A DNA stretch of 64,000 bases. Source: a virus. The notes under the pieces were generated by a model, which was not told the origin of the DNA, made no database searches, and saw only the letters and a list, made by a program, of their open reading frames with translations. Within the stretch, counting starts at the first letter, position 1; each line of letters starts with the position of its first letter. The translations under genes were made by a program, and so were the position numbers. Positions 28,360 to 38,900 of this stretch are shown here, piece by piece. The stretch lies in the IMG/VR virus record IMGVR_UViG_3300045988_132388. One strand, given 5' to 3'.

Positions 28360-29544
28360 TCATGGCTGCACCTCCTCAAATTTTCCGTCGATTAACTGAT
28401 ACCATGTGTCAGACTTGATTCTCTCTCCGTCCACGAACTCGGTTTTAACACAGATTGGGATATTATATCTCTTAGTTTCATCCCATCTCCATTCGGAGAG
28501 CGTTATCCATGAGCCAACCTTTGCTTTTGCTATAGAATTATTGCCAGCACACATAATAACAGAATCTTCTCCTGTGCTATCAATCTTAGCAGAGTCGCCT
28601 GATGAGCCAATCTTAGCAGAGTCGCCTGATGAGCCAATCTGAGCAAAGTCGCCTGATGAGCCAATCTGAGCAGAGTCGCCCGATGAGCCAATCTGAGCAG
28701 AGTCGCCCGATGAACCAATCTTAGCATAGTCGCCCGATGAGCCAATCTGAGCAGAGTAGCCCGATGAGCTAATCTGAGCAGAGTCGCCCGATGAACCAAT
28801 CTTAGCATAGTCGCCCGATGAACCAATCTTAGCATAGTCGCCTGATGAGCCAATCTTAGCAGAGTAGCCCGATGAGCCAATCTGAGCAGAGTAACCTGAT
28901 GAACCAATCTGAGCAGAGTCGCCCGATGAGCCAATCTTAGCAAAGGTGCCTGATGAACCTATCTGAGCAGAGTCGCCCGATGAGTCAATCTGAGCATAGT
29001 AACCTGATGAACCTATCTGAGCAGAGTCGCCCGATGAGTCAATCTGAGCATAGTAACCTGATGAACCTATCTGAGCAGAGTCGCCCGATGAGTCAATCTG
29101 AGCATAGTAACCCGATGAACCAATCTTAGCAGAGTTGCCTGATGAGCCAATCTTAACAGAGGCGTCTGATGAGCCAATCTGAGCATAGTCGCCTGATGAG
29201 CCAATCTGTTTTCTTCTTTCTTTGTTGTCGTTCAACGCACCATCTGCCTTAATTTTAGATGGTGATGTAATATCTTTCAGCCACTCGATACCTATATTAA
29301 TGATGTCAGTCAGCTTCAACTCAGCCTTAATCTTGATACAAGAAGAGCATACCTTTGTTGAATCTTCTTCTTCTTCAATCTTACCAGACTGTTCTACCTC
29401 TGCAAAGCGAGAGTTGAGCATATCGTAGTAGTCCCATATTTCCATTGGAAACTTGCAAGCATAGAAACCTCGTTTACAACACTCGATTTCCCCGTTCATT
29501 TCGTATTCTTTTCCGACTTCGTATTGAAAGTCTCGACATTTCAA
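28360..29544 (-). CDS. nonapeptide tandem-repeat protein (about 24 x IGSSGDxAx) with Cys-rich N-terminal domain
   Basis: 394 aa. N-terminal CCKRGFYACKFPMEIWDYY block, 24 consecutive 9-residue units and a unique C-terminal domain. Confidence 0.75.
   Translation of the reverse strand: MKCRDFQYEVGKEYEMNGEIECCKRGFYACKFPMEIWDYYDMLNSRFAEVEQSGKIEEEEDSTKVCSSCIKIKAELKLTDIINIGIEWLKDITSPSKIKADGALNDNKERRKQIGSSGDYAQIGSSDASVKIGSSGNSAKIGSSGYYAQIDSSGDSAQIGSSGYYAQIDSSGDSAQIGSSGYYAQIDSSGDSAQIGSSGTFAKIGSSGDSAQIGSSGYSAQIGSSGYSAKIGSSGDYAKIGSSGDYAKIGSSGDSAQISSSGYSAQIGSSGDYAKIGSSGDSAQIGSSGDSAQIGSSGDFAQIGSSGDSAKIGSSGDSAKIDSTGEDSVIMCAGNNSIAKAKVGSWITLSEWRWDETKRYNIPICVKTEFVDGERIKSDTWYQLIDGKFEEVQP
28580..29210. repeat. 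in-frame 27-nt tandem repeat array (about 24 units)
   Basis: Units such as ccaatctgagcagagtcgcccgatgag repeat head-to-tail with variants inside CDS 28360-29544. Confidence 0.8.
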
Positions 29545-29594
29545 GTTTCTGTCGAAGCCTTTATAGGCTATTATTTTGTTCTATTCTGCCATAA

Positions 29595-30329
29595 TCAATC
29601 CTCCTTATATGGTTCGGTTGTACCGAGAAGATGTTTGGTCTCCTCGTTGTAGGGAATACATTGAGCATAGCAACAGGATAATGTTGCGTAAGGGTAATCA
29701 TCATCTTCTTCCTTGCTCTTGAATCCGAAAAGATTCGGCTTCCAATAATCCTGTTCACTATCCCTTACAAGGACCTTGTCGAAGGGCTGCAGCATGTGGT
29801 CGGAGGAATTAGCGGCCTCTTTTCCCCTGAGAAGTTCGTCGATTTTCTCTTTTACCTCACGAACACGGGATTCATTTTCCACCTTGGTGTACAACAAGGT
29901 GTCCTGAAAACAGTGTGTTATAAGTTTTTCAGAGGTGGTAATGCCTCTGGATGCCTCAAATTTCATGTACCCGTCATCCAAAAACCTCTCAAACATAAGG
30001 AATTTCGGGAATAAGCTATCTGAGGCATCTTCGAGAATATCACCTTTCTTCCATGCGAATTTAGACCAGTCCTGCATTTCCTTTGAAGGAAAGAGGGTTG
30101 TTTCCGCGCCATCATCTTCATAACCGGTATTATATTTACCCTCTTTCGTAAAATAATGAACGTTTTGTTTTCTTACCGCAATAAGACTTCCCGAGACACA
30201 AGGAACGGTTACTTCCACCAGTGATAAGCTACCAAAGACTGGAGACCACAATTTAGTTTCATAAGGTTTCCCCTCAAGTATTTTTGCGATATTCAAATTA
30301 TCTGTTTCCATATTCTTATTGTTTTTCAA
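29595..30329 (-). CDS. hypothetical protein
   Basis: 244-aa ORF. Confidence 0.6.
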   Translation of the reverse strand: MKNNKNMETDNLNIAKILEGKPYETKLWSPVFGSLSLVEVTVPCVSGSLIAVRKQNVHYFTKEGKYNTGYEDDGAETTLFPSKEMQDWSKFAWKKGDILEDASDSLFPKFLMFERFLDDGYMKFEASRGITTSEKLITHCFQDTLLYTKVENESRVREVKEKIDELLRGKEAANSSDHMLQPFDKVLVRDSEQDYWKPNLFGFKSKEEDDDYPYATLSCCYAQCIPYNEETKHLLGTTEPYKED

Positions 30330-30351
30330 AAGTTAATTGTTCAATATACAT

Positions 30352-30726
30352 CTATACGGACAGCGAAGGATTGCCTATCTTGTCGGGCAGTATATTATGT
30401 CTGCAACCGTTTATCCAGGAATACAGGTTGATATAACCCTTACGCTCCATATTGTCAACGTTAGCGTCGCGCCATTCAGCATACTGTTCATAAGATAATC
30501 CCGACCGAAGGATAAGCACCATTTCTTCAGGAGTAAGAAAATCGCTATCCGCGAAATCGCAAGTGCCACCCGGCTCGTCGCCTATCCAGTACCAGTTGTC
30601 ACGACCGCCATTAAACAGTACCTTATTGGTAATCCGTGCAAGGTCGTTACACGCATCGTTGAAACGCTGGATAACCGAAACGACATCGGCTGTAAGTTTA
30701 TCATTCTTTTTGTTCATAGTTGTCAC
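30352..30726 (-). CDS. hypothetical protein
   Basis: 124-aa ORF. Confidence 0.6.
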   Translation of the reverse strand: MTTMNKKNDKLTADVVSVIQRFNDACNDLARITNKVLFNGGRDNWYWIGDEPGGTCDFADSDFLTPEEMVLILRSGLSYEQYAEWRDANVDNMERKGYINLYSWINGCRHNILPDKIGNPSLSV

Positions 30727-30837
30727 ATTCGTTTTCAGTTCTATATTCTACATATTGTTTCTTAGACAGGCAATACCCGCCGTTTATCATGTTGCGGACA
30801 TGCCTGCATACCGGACAGAGATTGTTTCGCATAACGC

Positions 30838-31386
30838 TCACTCTCTATTCAGTAAATTCTGCTTTATATCCTCATACATTGCCATTTCAACCTTCTTTCC
30901 GTCATAATGTCCCACGGCAAGCAGCTGTCCGTTCTCCTCGGTAGCATGCTTCGCCGATGGCGCATTAGAGCGGATGATGAAGATGTCGAACTCGTGGATG
31001 CAGTCAAGTTGCTCAGGGGGAATCGGCTTCATGTTTGTACGTGCCTCCTGCCGTATGCGGCGAATGTCGTTTTTGTCGATGTCGGGATATTTCTTCTGTG
31101 CCTCACGCACCACCTTTGTTTCGGTGTCGATACGCCGACGTTCATAGTCCTCACTGATAAGATTGAAATTCTGCCATTCCACCAGAATATCGAGAAAGTT
31201 TCTGAAGCCTTTCTCGCCTTGAGTCATTTGTGCAACGGCAAGGCTCTCCTCGATAAGCAGTATTTTCTCCTTTACCTGCCAATGAACCATCCCCCGGCGG
31301 TTAAGCATCGTGACGAGAGCGAGAGCCTTTGAAAGCCTACGCAAGTTACGCTGCTCTTTCTTTTGTTTACTAAAAGGATTCCACAT
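30838..31386 (-). CDS. hypothetical protein
   Basis: 182-aa ORF. Confidence 0.6.
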   Translation of the reverse strand: MWNPFSKQKKEQRNLRRLSKALALVTMLNRRGMVHWQVKEKILLIEESLAVAQMTQGEKGFRNFLDILVEWQNFNLISEDYERRRIDTETKVVREAQKKYPDIDKNDIRRIRQEARTNMKPIPPEQLDCIHEFDIFIIRSNAPSAKHATEENGQLLAVGHYDGKKVEMAMYEDIKQNLLNRE

Positions 31387-31398
31387 GATATTTATATT

Positions 31399-31713
31399 TT
31401 AATGAGTTATAAACCGTGTTCCGTCTACCTCCAATACCAGGATGTCGTTCACCACACGTATCTCTCCCGATGGAATGAACTGCACCTTACGTTGGTGGGT
31501 CAATGTGTTTACCGAGAGGCACACACATTGACCCTCATCGACATGCCCTGTCTTTGTGACAAACTTGATATAGAACGGATGCCGCGCCACCTGGGTGGCG
31601 GTCTGAGGATGCACATAGCCCGTGACGAGCTGCTTGCTGCGCGGGTCTATCCACTGCCATTTCTCTGTGTATGCCCGCAGATTGGTATATGACTGTTTTG
31701 GATTCTCTCTCAT
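31399..31713 (-). CDS. hypothetical protein
   Basis: 104-aa ORF. Confidence 0.55.
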   Translation of the reverse strand: MRENPKQSYTNLRAYTEKWQWIDPRSKQLVTGYVHPQTATQVARHPFYIKFVTKTGHVDEGQCVCLSVNTLTHQRKVQFIPSGEIRVVNDILVLEVDGTRFITH

Positions 31714-31718
31714 AAGGC

Positions 31719-32393
31719 TTAGATGTTAGTAAATGAATAATGATCGTGTGGTCCGTCAGACTCTCCCTCCTCCTTATAGGGTGGAAACCGGCAGTCGAGA
31801 AAGAGACGAAGGTGAGTATTCGTCACCTTGCGCTTATCCTTATTCACTTGCTGTCGATGGCGCAGTACGTCGGGCAGGAGAATGTTACGGAGAGGATTAC
31901 CCCAATCAAGCGTTTGCGACGCAAGGCGATAGTTGGGGTAGAACATCAACACGTAACGCTCAAGGGCAGGACAGGGGCGGTCGGACATGACTCCGCTTAT
32001 CGTGAGTGCTCTATCCTTATTATATAGCACCAGGTGAGCGGTGGTGTCCGACACGTCCTTTGTTCGGGTGTACAGAATCCTGTCCGAGTATTCTGCCAAA
32101 CACTTCTTGATTATATCGTCGCACTTCCTCGCCGTGGAGAGCACGAGAGTAGTTATCCATTTTCGTTCAAAGCACTGCTGAAGAAAAACGCAGGTGTCGG
32201 TGTTCATTGTAGGCATGGCGAGCACCATTACGTGCGGATCGATAAGCAGATAACTCACGGCGCGATAGAACTTCTCCATCGTCACGTCGCCGTGGGTATA
32301 GAACGTTAGCATGCGCTGCGGAGCCTGCATCACAGCCTTGGGGAGTTTCTTGTCTACACAGCAGGGGGGAATGAAAAGAAGAGTATCGTCCAT
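31719..32393 (-). CDS. hypothetical protein
   Basis: 224-aa ORF. Confidence 0.6.
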   Translation of the reverse strand: MDDTLLFIPPCCVDKKLPKAVMQAPQRMLTFYTHGDVTMEKFYRAVSYLLIDPHVMVLAMPTMNTDTCVFLQQCFERKWITTLVLSTARKCDDIIKKCLAEYSDRILYTRTKDVSDTTAHLVLYNKDRALTISGVMSDRPCPALERYVLMFYPNYRLASQTLDWGNPLRNILLPDVLRHRQQVNKDKRKVTNTHLRLFLDCRFPPYKEEGESDGPHDHYSFTNI

Positions 32394-32431
32394 GAGATTT
32401 TACTATTTATTAGTTATTAATTATTAATTGA

Positions 32432-33613
32432 TTAGTCGTTAATTACGACGGGCATTATGAGCGCAAGCACTGATGGCGATGGCTCATCGGCGGTAAGCAC
32501 GGCAGCACGGGTCTTGTCGGAGAGCTCCATGCGGATGGCGTCTCCCGGCACCGCACTTATCGTTGAGCGGAGGTGAACACCGTTGAAGGCTATATAGAAG
32601 CCATCCTCGCATTGGGAGTTATGAAGCAGCACCTGGTCGGATGCCGAAAGTGAAAAGTCTGCATTGTCGGCAGAGATATTGAAGAACATACCGTCCTTGC
32701 GCAAGATGACGCTATTGTCCGCTTCAGAAGCAAACAGTCCTACTCTCTTCAGGATAGCAAGCATTTCCCTTTTGTCGAAGACGACAAAGAACGGATTGCC
32801 ACGCGGAATTACAGCGTTATAGTTGGGGTATCTGCTCTCCAACGCCTTGCAGATATACTCTATGTTGCCGGAAGTAAAGCGGATAATGTGGTTGTCGCTC
32901 TCAACGGTTATCTCCTCGCAATTCTGGAAGGCCGCAAAAGGTTTGAAATAACTCATGTGGAGGATTATCTTCTCCGGCTTGCCACTACGGAAGAAGTCGT
33001 AACCGTTCTTTGCGGGGTCGTTGCTAAGAGTTTGTTTGAAGAGCCTATGACCGTCGGAACCCACGAAATATACAGAAGAAAGATCGTCGGAAACATCAAT
33101 ACACAGACTGCTCAATGCCGGACGGATTTCGTCGTTTGCCAAGAAGTCCGTCACTTTTGACAGGACGTCGCCGAACAATGCCATCGGCAGGACTATCTTT
33201 ATGGCATCTTCGCCTGGTGTAGTAATCTGTGGAAACTCGTCGGCATCCAGCCATGTGAGCTGTGCTTTACCGGTCTTCACGTTGTCGTCAGCACCATGAC
33301 AATACTCTACCGCGAGCGAATGGTCGTCGTTGAAGGTGAAGTTTACGGTGCAGTCCGGCAATGTGGCGAGGAACGGCATGATGAACTTGATAGGCAGCAC
33401 GACGGACTTGAATGTGCCTTCCACGATACTCAGAGGGGCAGGGATGGTAAGACGTGAGTCCGATGTTGCCGAGGTGAAATAGAACCCACCGTCAGCATGC
33501 TGCGTCAGAAGCACATTGTCAAGAATGGCAATGGTATTTTTGCTTGCGATACAACGTGCTGACTTCTGAAAAGCGATGTTGAGCTCGCATGATGATTTAG
33601 CTTGAAGTTTCAT
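32432..33613 (-). CDS. dnaN: DNA polymerase III beta sliding clamp-like protein
   Basis: 393 aa. N-terminus SKNTIAILDNVLLTQHADGGFYFTSATSDSRLTI follows the DnaN pattern (piL.nvll....l.l.atD.e..i). The size is right for a three-domain clamp. Confidence 0.65.
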   Translation of the reverse strand: MKLQAKSSCELNIAFQKSARCIASKNTIAILDNVLLTQHADGGFYFTSATSDSRLTIPAPLSIVEGTFKSVVLPIKFIMPFLATLPDCTVNFTFNDDHSLAVEYCHGADDNVKTGKAQLTWLDADEFPQITTPGEDAIKIVLPMALFGDVLSKVTDFLANDEIRPALSSLCIDVSDDLSSVYFVGSDGHRLFKQTLSNDPAKNGYDFFRSGKPEKIILHMSYFKPFAAFQNCEEITVESDNHIIRFTSGNIEYICKALESRYPNYNAVIPRGNPFFVVFDKREMLAILKRVGLFASEADNSVILRKDGMFFNISADNADFSLSASDQVLLHNSQCEDGFYIAFNGVHLRSTISAVPGDAIRMELSDKTRAAVLTADEPSPSVLALIMPVVIND

Positions 33614-33642
33614 ATTTGTTTATTCTTATCGTTTATAATGTT

Positions 33643-34251
33643 TTAGAACGGCAGGTCGTCTTCGCCATATCCGTCTCCGTCAAACGGAGTGTTCTGCTGT
33701 CCGTCAGCCGGTGCCACATACGCCGTAGCACTACCTGCAGTCTGATAAGCCTGCTGCGGATAAGGAGTCTGCTGTGCGGTTGGCTGTGGTTGATAGAGCA
33801 TTGCTAACCGTTTGTTCATCCTGTTGCGGATAGCCTTGAAGAGATGGGTGTTCTCGTCGGTAGGGTCCTGGTTGACAATATCCGCATCGCGCTCCTTGTT
33901 TGCCTCCTTCACCTGCTCCACAAGTTTAGGGAATCTTGCTACTATTGCCTTGATATAGTCTGCGGAGAACGACAGCTGCATTTCGTGTGTCGGCACTGTC
34001 ACGTCGCTGTCGCCACGCTCCTGTGCCGAACGGCGTACAGCGTTTTTGTACTGTTCATTGAGAGGCCAAATGCTTACACGCATCTTAGCTAACGTACGGT
34101 CCGGATTCTTAGGATGCTGCTCCACTTTGATTTCATTCAGGTCTGCCGGAATGCAGACGTACACTCTCTTAGGGTTGTTCTTGTCGATACCCTTGAACAC
34201 CTGCGCTCCGTTTAGCGAGAGCAGGTCGATGTTGCCATTGTAACTTGCCAT
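33643..34251 (-). CDS. SSB-like protein with canonical acidic C-terminal tip
   Basis: 202 aa. A Q/P/Y-rich linker is followed by ...GYGEDDLPF (compare the bacterial SSB tip DDDIPF). I do not recognise the N-terminal domain as a standard OB SSB. Confidence 0.55.
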   Translation of the reverse strand: MASYNGNIDLLSLNGAQVFKGIDKNNPKRVYVCIPADLNEIKVEQHPKNPDRTLAKMRVSIWPLNEQYKNAVRRSAQERGDSDVTVPTHEMQLSFSADYIKAIVARFPKLVEQVKEANKERDADIVNQDPTDENTHLFKAIRNRMNKRLAMLYQPQPTAQQTPYPQQAYQTAGSATAYVAPADGQQNTPFDGDGYGEDDLPF

Positions 34252-34324
34252 TTTTTAGTTATTAATTATTAGTGATTAATGATTAGCTATTGGTGATTAT
34301 TGATTAATTGTTGGTGATTATTTA

Positions 34325-34559
34325 CTAAAATAATCTTGCTCTGCTGTCTTCCATATCATCCATCGTGCGCACCTTGTGCCATTTCTTGATTCTGTTTTTC
34401 GGTGCATACACCGTTGACAGACTGAGATATTTACCGCAAGCGAGGTGCAGCGGACTGATATTGCCGCCGTACAGCGGAGAACTCTGCTCCCTACAACTGC
34501 AATTTATCTGGTCGTAGGAAAGGCAAAATTCACATTTAGGGGGGGGTGAATGTTCGCAT
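34325..34559 (-). pseudogene. small Cys-rich ORF interrupted at a C8 (plus-strand G8) tract
   Basis: ATG at 34559 gives MRTFTPP then a stop. With 7 instead of 8 C the frame continues KCEFCLSYDQINCSCREQ... to the TAG at 34325 (78 codons, hand-translated, no stops). Confidence 0.4.
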
Positions 34560-34570
34560 AATAGAAATCT

Positions 34571-34996
34571 TTATCTGAAATTAACAATAAAAGGAGGTAG
34601 AGGATTTCTCTCCAATGCCTCAATCCGTTCTATATCGTCAAGAGAATAACTCTCAGCACAATATTCATCGAAGAACCTGTTCGGCGTCTCTCTCGGATAA
34701 TCCGCAACAGTCTTTCCTTCTGCATCAATTTTGTCATAATCGGTATAACGACCTTTACAAGGCGTAAACTTCTTTATGTCTTTAGGCGTAAAAACAACCA
34801 GAATCTCGGTATTGACGATACCTCTCAATCGACGTATATCTTTTTCTGCCTGTTTTTCATCACCTATTCCGAAGCAGAAGCCTTTTGCCGTAGTTGCCGA
34901 ACCTCGCTTTATTCTATGGTCGGTGGTATTCAATAAGGTCCAACCTTTGGCTAACTGGGAAAACTCCCCATAAGACATATATCGGTATAATTTCAT
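34571..34996 (-). CDS. hypothetical protein
   Basis: 141-aa ORF. Confidence 0.6.
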   Translation of the reverse strand: MKLYRYMSYGEFSQLAKGWTLLNTTDHRIKRGSATTAKGFCFGIGDEKQAEKDIRRLRGIVNTEILVVFTPKDIKKFTPCKGRYTDYDKIDAEGKTVADYPRETPNRFFDEYCAESYSLDDIERIEALERNPLPPFIVNFR

Positions 34997-35152
34997 ACTC
35001 TAAAATATTTTAAGTTAAACAGTTCTTTCGGTTGTCGAAACGGCAACAAGAAATCACCCTTTATCTGTTTTATCATCTATTTTCAGTTTCATTCTTTCGT
35101 CCTCAATATACTCATTACAGTATTCTGCCGGAACATAGGTGTGGGCGAAGAA

Positions 35153-35914
35153 CTATGACGCTCCTACCACACGCAATGTTTCACGCTCATTGAGCACTGT
35201 ATGGAACTTTTTCTTTATGAATCCAAAGATAATGTCTTTTGCCGTTACCACATCATAAGCCCACACAACAAAAATGTCGCCTTTGTGGATTCCCGACGGG
35301 TGCTTGTCGGTAGGTTCGTAATGGTCGGCGTCAATAAAGGTAGCCTTCACCTTAAACGGCTCCTTCTTAGGCGCATCGGAATCTTCAGCAAGAGCTTTTT
35401 CCTCTTTTTCAATATCCTCGTTCGTCCTTCCAATAAAACGGATGTTATTCAATACTTCAACCTTGGTAATATAGAAGTAATTCGTTAAATCACTATCGTT
35501 AAACACCTGCTCAAACGCTCCTTCGGCATAATCTGCGGCAAGATCTACGGCGCGACGCAAAGAGTTGGAGCGAACAATCAGTACAGCGTTACGTCCATTG
35601 GTGCAATGCAGCGTAACCTTAACATGGCGAACGATGTGCCACTCGGTAAATTCTTTGGCTCTGAGAAGTCCGTCCGTAACGGTCACTTCCTTTACGCCTG
35701 CGGCTTGCAGGTCTTTCACGTTCTCCTCGTCGAGTATTTTTCCTCGCTCAAAGATAACCTCACTACGCTCAATATCTACCTTCTCTTCGGTGTCCTCGTC
35801 AATAAAGGTCTCCATCTGGGTGTTGCATGCTCTCTCCACGAGGGTTTTACCAACAGCCTTTTCTACAGGCAGTGTCTCCACCACGTAATCCTTACGCAAA
35901 ATAATCTTCTCCAT
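35153..35914 (-). CDS. hypothetical protein
   Basis: 253-aa ORF. Confidence 0.6.
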   Translation of the reverse strand: MEKIILRKDYVVETLPVEKAVGKTLVERACNTQMETFIDEDTEEKVDIERSEVIFERGKILDEENVKDLQAAGVKEVTVTDGLLRAKEFTEWHIVRHVKVTLHCTNGRNAVLIVRSNSLRRAVDLAADYAEGAFEQVFNDSDLTNYFYITKVEVLNNIRFIGRTNEDIEKEEKALAEDSDAPKKEPFKVKATFIDADHYEPTDKHPSGIHKGDIFVVWAYDVVTAKDIIFGFIKKKFHTVLNERETLRVVGAS

Positions 35915-35939
35915 AAATCATTTTCTTTTAATGTTAATA

Positions 35940-38900
35940 TTAGAATGGCAAATCCTTGTCTTTTATCTGACTGACGGTATTTGCCGCATTATTAATCTCA
36001 CTGCTTCCGCCATAACGTTTCCCCTGCTTGCGCGACATAAAGTTCTCCCAACGGGTTTGTTCTTCGTCGGTAAGGGAAACTATATTACCATTGTCATCAC
36101 GATATGGCAGTGGATCGGGTTGCTCCGCGTAAGCACGGGCAATGCGCTTCAGCTCTTTATAGTCTTTCGGTATTTCGTCCTTGCCGGGGCGGTAGAAGAA
36201 GAACACATGCTTAGAGGTCTGAAGATAACGAATACATTTCATTTCTACCGTCTTGTCATTCTCCCACTCTCGACCTGAGAAGTACTCCTGTGTAACCCAC
36301 GCCTGTAACTTGAAACACTTGCGGTGCTTGTCAGCATCGTTCTCGAAAAGATGCTTAGGGTTGCAGGTGATACCCATATTCTCGCAATAGTCGTATATCT
36401 TCTTCTTGAAGGTGGCTCGGCTATACTCCTTCGATTTACCCTCGGAGGCATCAGCCCACTCACGCATAAACTCGTTAAACATATCGTCGGTACAGATAGG
36501 CACTCCATAAACCTCGTTGCGAGAAAAGAAAAACTCGAAATAGTTCACGATAGTCTCGGTGAGCTTCTGTACCATCTGACGGCGACGCACATTCTCCTGT
36601 GGTGCAATGGCAAAGGTATGGTAGCGCATGAGGAACTGAACTGCCAAGGCACAGATATAGATAATCTGATTGCGGTCAGCATCGGACAGGTCTTCGGGGT
36701 TCTTGCTAAAGCCTTTCAGTATATCGCTCATCATGCGTGCCGGTTGTCGTTTTTGCGGATTCTCACGTGCAAAACGGTTTGAGAAACTAACCAGCGGAAA
36801 ACGACCTATCGTAGACGAAGCATCATTAGACAATGGATAGTTTGATGTAATAACGTGTAGAGGCGAATCCTTCATCTTAAAGGAGATAGCATCACTATTC
36901 TTCCGCTCGGCATTCGTTCCACCAGTTATCTGAACATAGAAGTAATCCAACGGAAAACTTCTCGGTTTGTCTTCCCAATGAACCACTCTGAACTTGCCCG
37001 GATATTTTATAATGTCCGTCAAAACAAAACGAGCATCACCAATATCCTTAAAGTGTCGCATATCGACTCTGAACACATTGACGGCAGTACCGACGAAAGT
37101 ATTTATAACCCATGACTTGCCGGAGCCACCTGTTGCCTGTTTCTCGTCAGGAATAGAGTCTTCCAACAAGTAAGGACAGACATTCTCCATTTTATCCCAA
37201 GTGCGGAAACACACACGACCGATACCCGAAATCATATTCACAAAATGGCTGTTGATAACCGTCATATCGTCCACAGACATCTTTTGCTTGTTGCGAATAA
37301 CATCCTGCTCCTGTTCCCACAAAGTGTTGGCGCAACCACGAATGATACGCAATACCGGCCATAGGTCCTGCTCACGCTTACCGTTCCAATCCACTTGCCA
37401 ACGATATGTCTGCGCCCACTCAGCCAGTTCTGCTTTCATCTGTCCTATCTCTATGATAGAGAACACCGGCAAACCGTCCTCGTTGCGCATAGCCTCCTTG
37501 GCTTCAATAGACTTCTTCTTGTCAATATATTCCTGACTCTCCCTTATGGAGAATGGAGGGCTGAACACGCGCATCGTGAAGTCGTATGGCTTACGAGCCA
37601 AAGCCGGAATAAAAAAGTTGATATTGTCGTAATCGACAGGCAAAATCATATCGGGAGTAATCTTCAGAGCTACATTACGGAAATAGAAATATTCCGTCTT
37701 GGCATCAAAAGCGTCGGCAAAATCAATCACCATAGATAGCAAACCGCCCGCGCTCTTTTCAGAAAAAGTCTTGTCTACCATATTGGCACAATCCGACATA
37801 AGGCGTCGCTCGGTGTCACTGTGTCGCCAACACTGCTCGATAAAGTCAAGTAACAAATCTTTCATTGCCTGAATAATGCTACTACTGACGATATACTCAA
37901 CAAAGCAACGGTCGAGGTGTATATACTGTCCTACGAGGTCGGTACTCTCCGGATCCACCATGCGGTAATATCCGTGCGCACTCATAAAAAGCCACACCTT
38001 AGAGGGCGACACCTTACATGTAGGCGGTTTCGGTTTTCCACTACGAGGGTCGCGTGGATATTCTATCTCGAATGGGTTAGTATTCTTGGCTCCACGCAAA
38101 CGGCTATATAACGGTATGCGAATGTCATGGTCGAACTTAAAGTTATCCTCGTCAGTCATGTGGTAGGCAATCATATAGTCACGCACACTACGAGGCGAAC
38201 AACCATATAGCCATTGCCACCGTTGGTTATAACGTGAGCGGAACGCTTCGGGTAGCATTGCATAACAGAGATCACCGAACTTAGTGGCTATCGCTCCACA
38301 ATCTCGCTGCGAGGCGATATCATTCGGATAGAGCATTACAATACGCTCGGCAAAGCGATTCATTTTTTGATACTGGATAGGCTTAAAATCGATAGGGTCC
38401 AACTTCCACTTTCCATGGTCGATATACCAGAAATTGTTTCGCCCTATAGAGAATGCCACATGATACCAACAGTTGTATTGAAAATGCTGGTCTTCTGCCT
38501 TGTCGATACGCAAGGAGCGCATAGCATAATACACGCTCAATGCGTCTTCGGGTGTGCGACAAAACACGATATTACGAGCCTTTATCTCGTTAACGGGTAT
38601 CTTGACTTCTATTCTCCTAAACGTGCCTTTCGGTTCTCCATCCTTTGTCTCGTTTTCTCTCCAGTCCTCATAGGTCTGTGTGTATCTTTCTTCTGGTTCA
38701 AACTTTTCAATGGCTGCATGAACGGCAGTCGTTGAGCTATCACGATGATCCATAGCATAAGTGAACACCCTGTCGCCCATAAGCCAACGGCTCACCTTGC
38801 GTACACTGTGCTCTTCGCAAGTAGAGAACACTATCGGTTCGCCTTTCATTGCCGGACGGAACAGGCAGCCGCAAGAACCTTGTGGTGCTATCACGTCGGT

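Noticed and set aside
27360-29210. Possible CRISPR arrays suggested by the regular 18-nt and 27-nt repeats
   Set aside because: The units are contiguous with no spacers. They lie in frame inside long ORFs and encode regular hexa- and nonapeptide repeats. The alternative-frame ORFs (27465-27695, 27468-27749, 28530-28943) are by-products of the periodicity.
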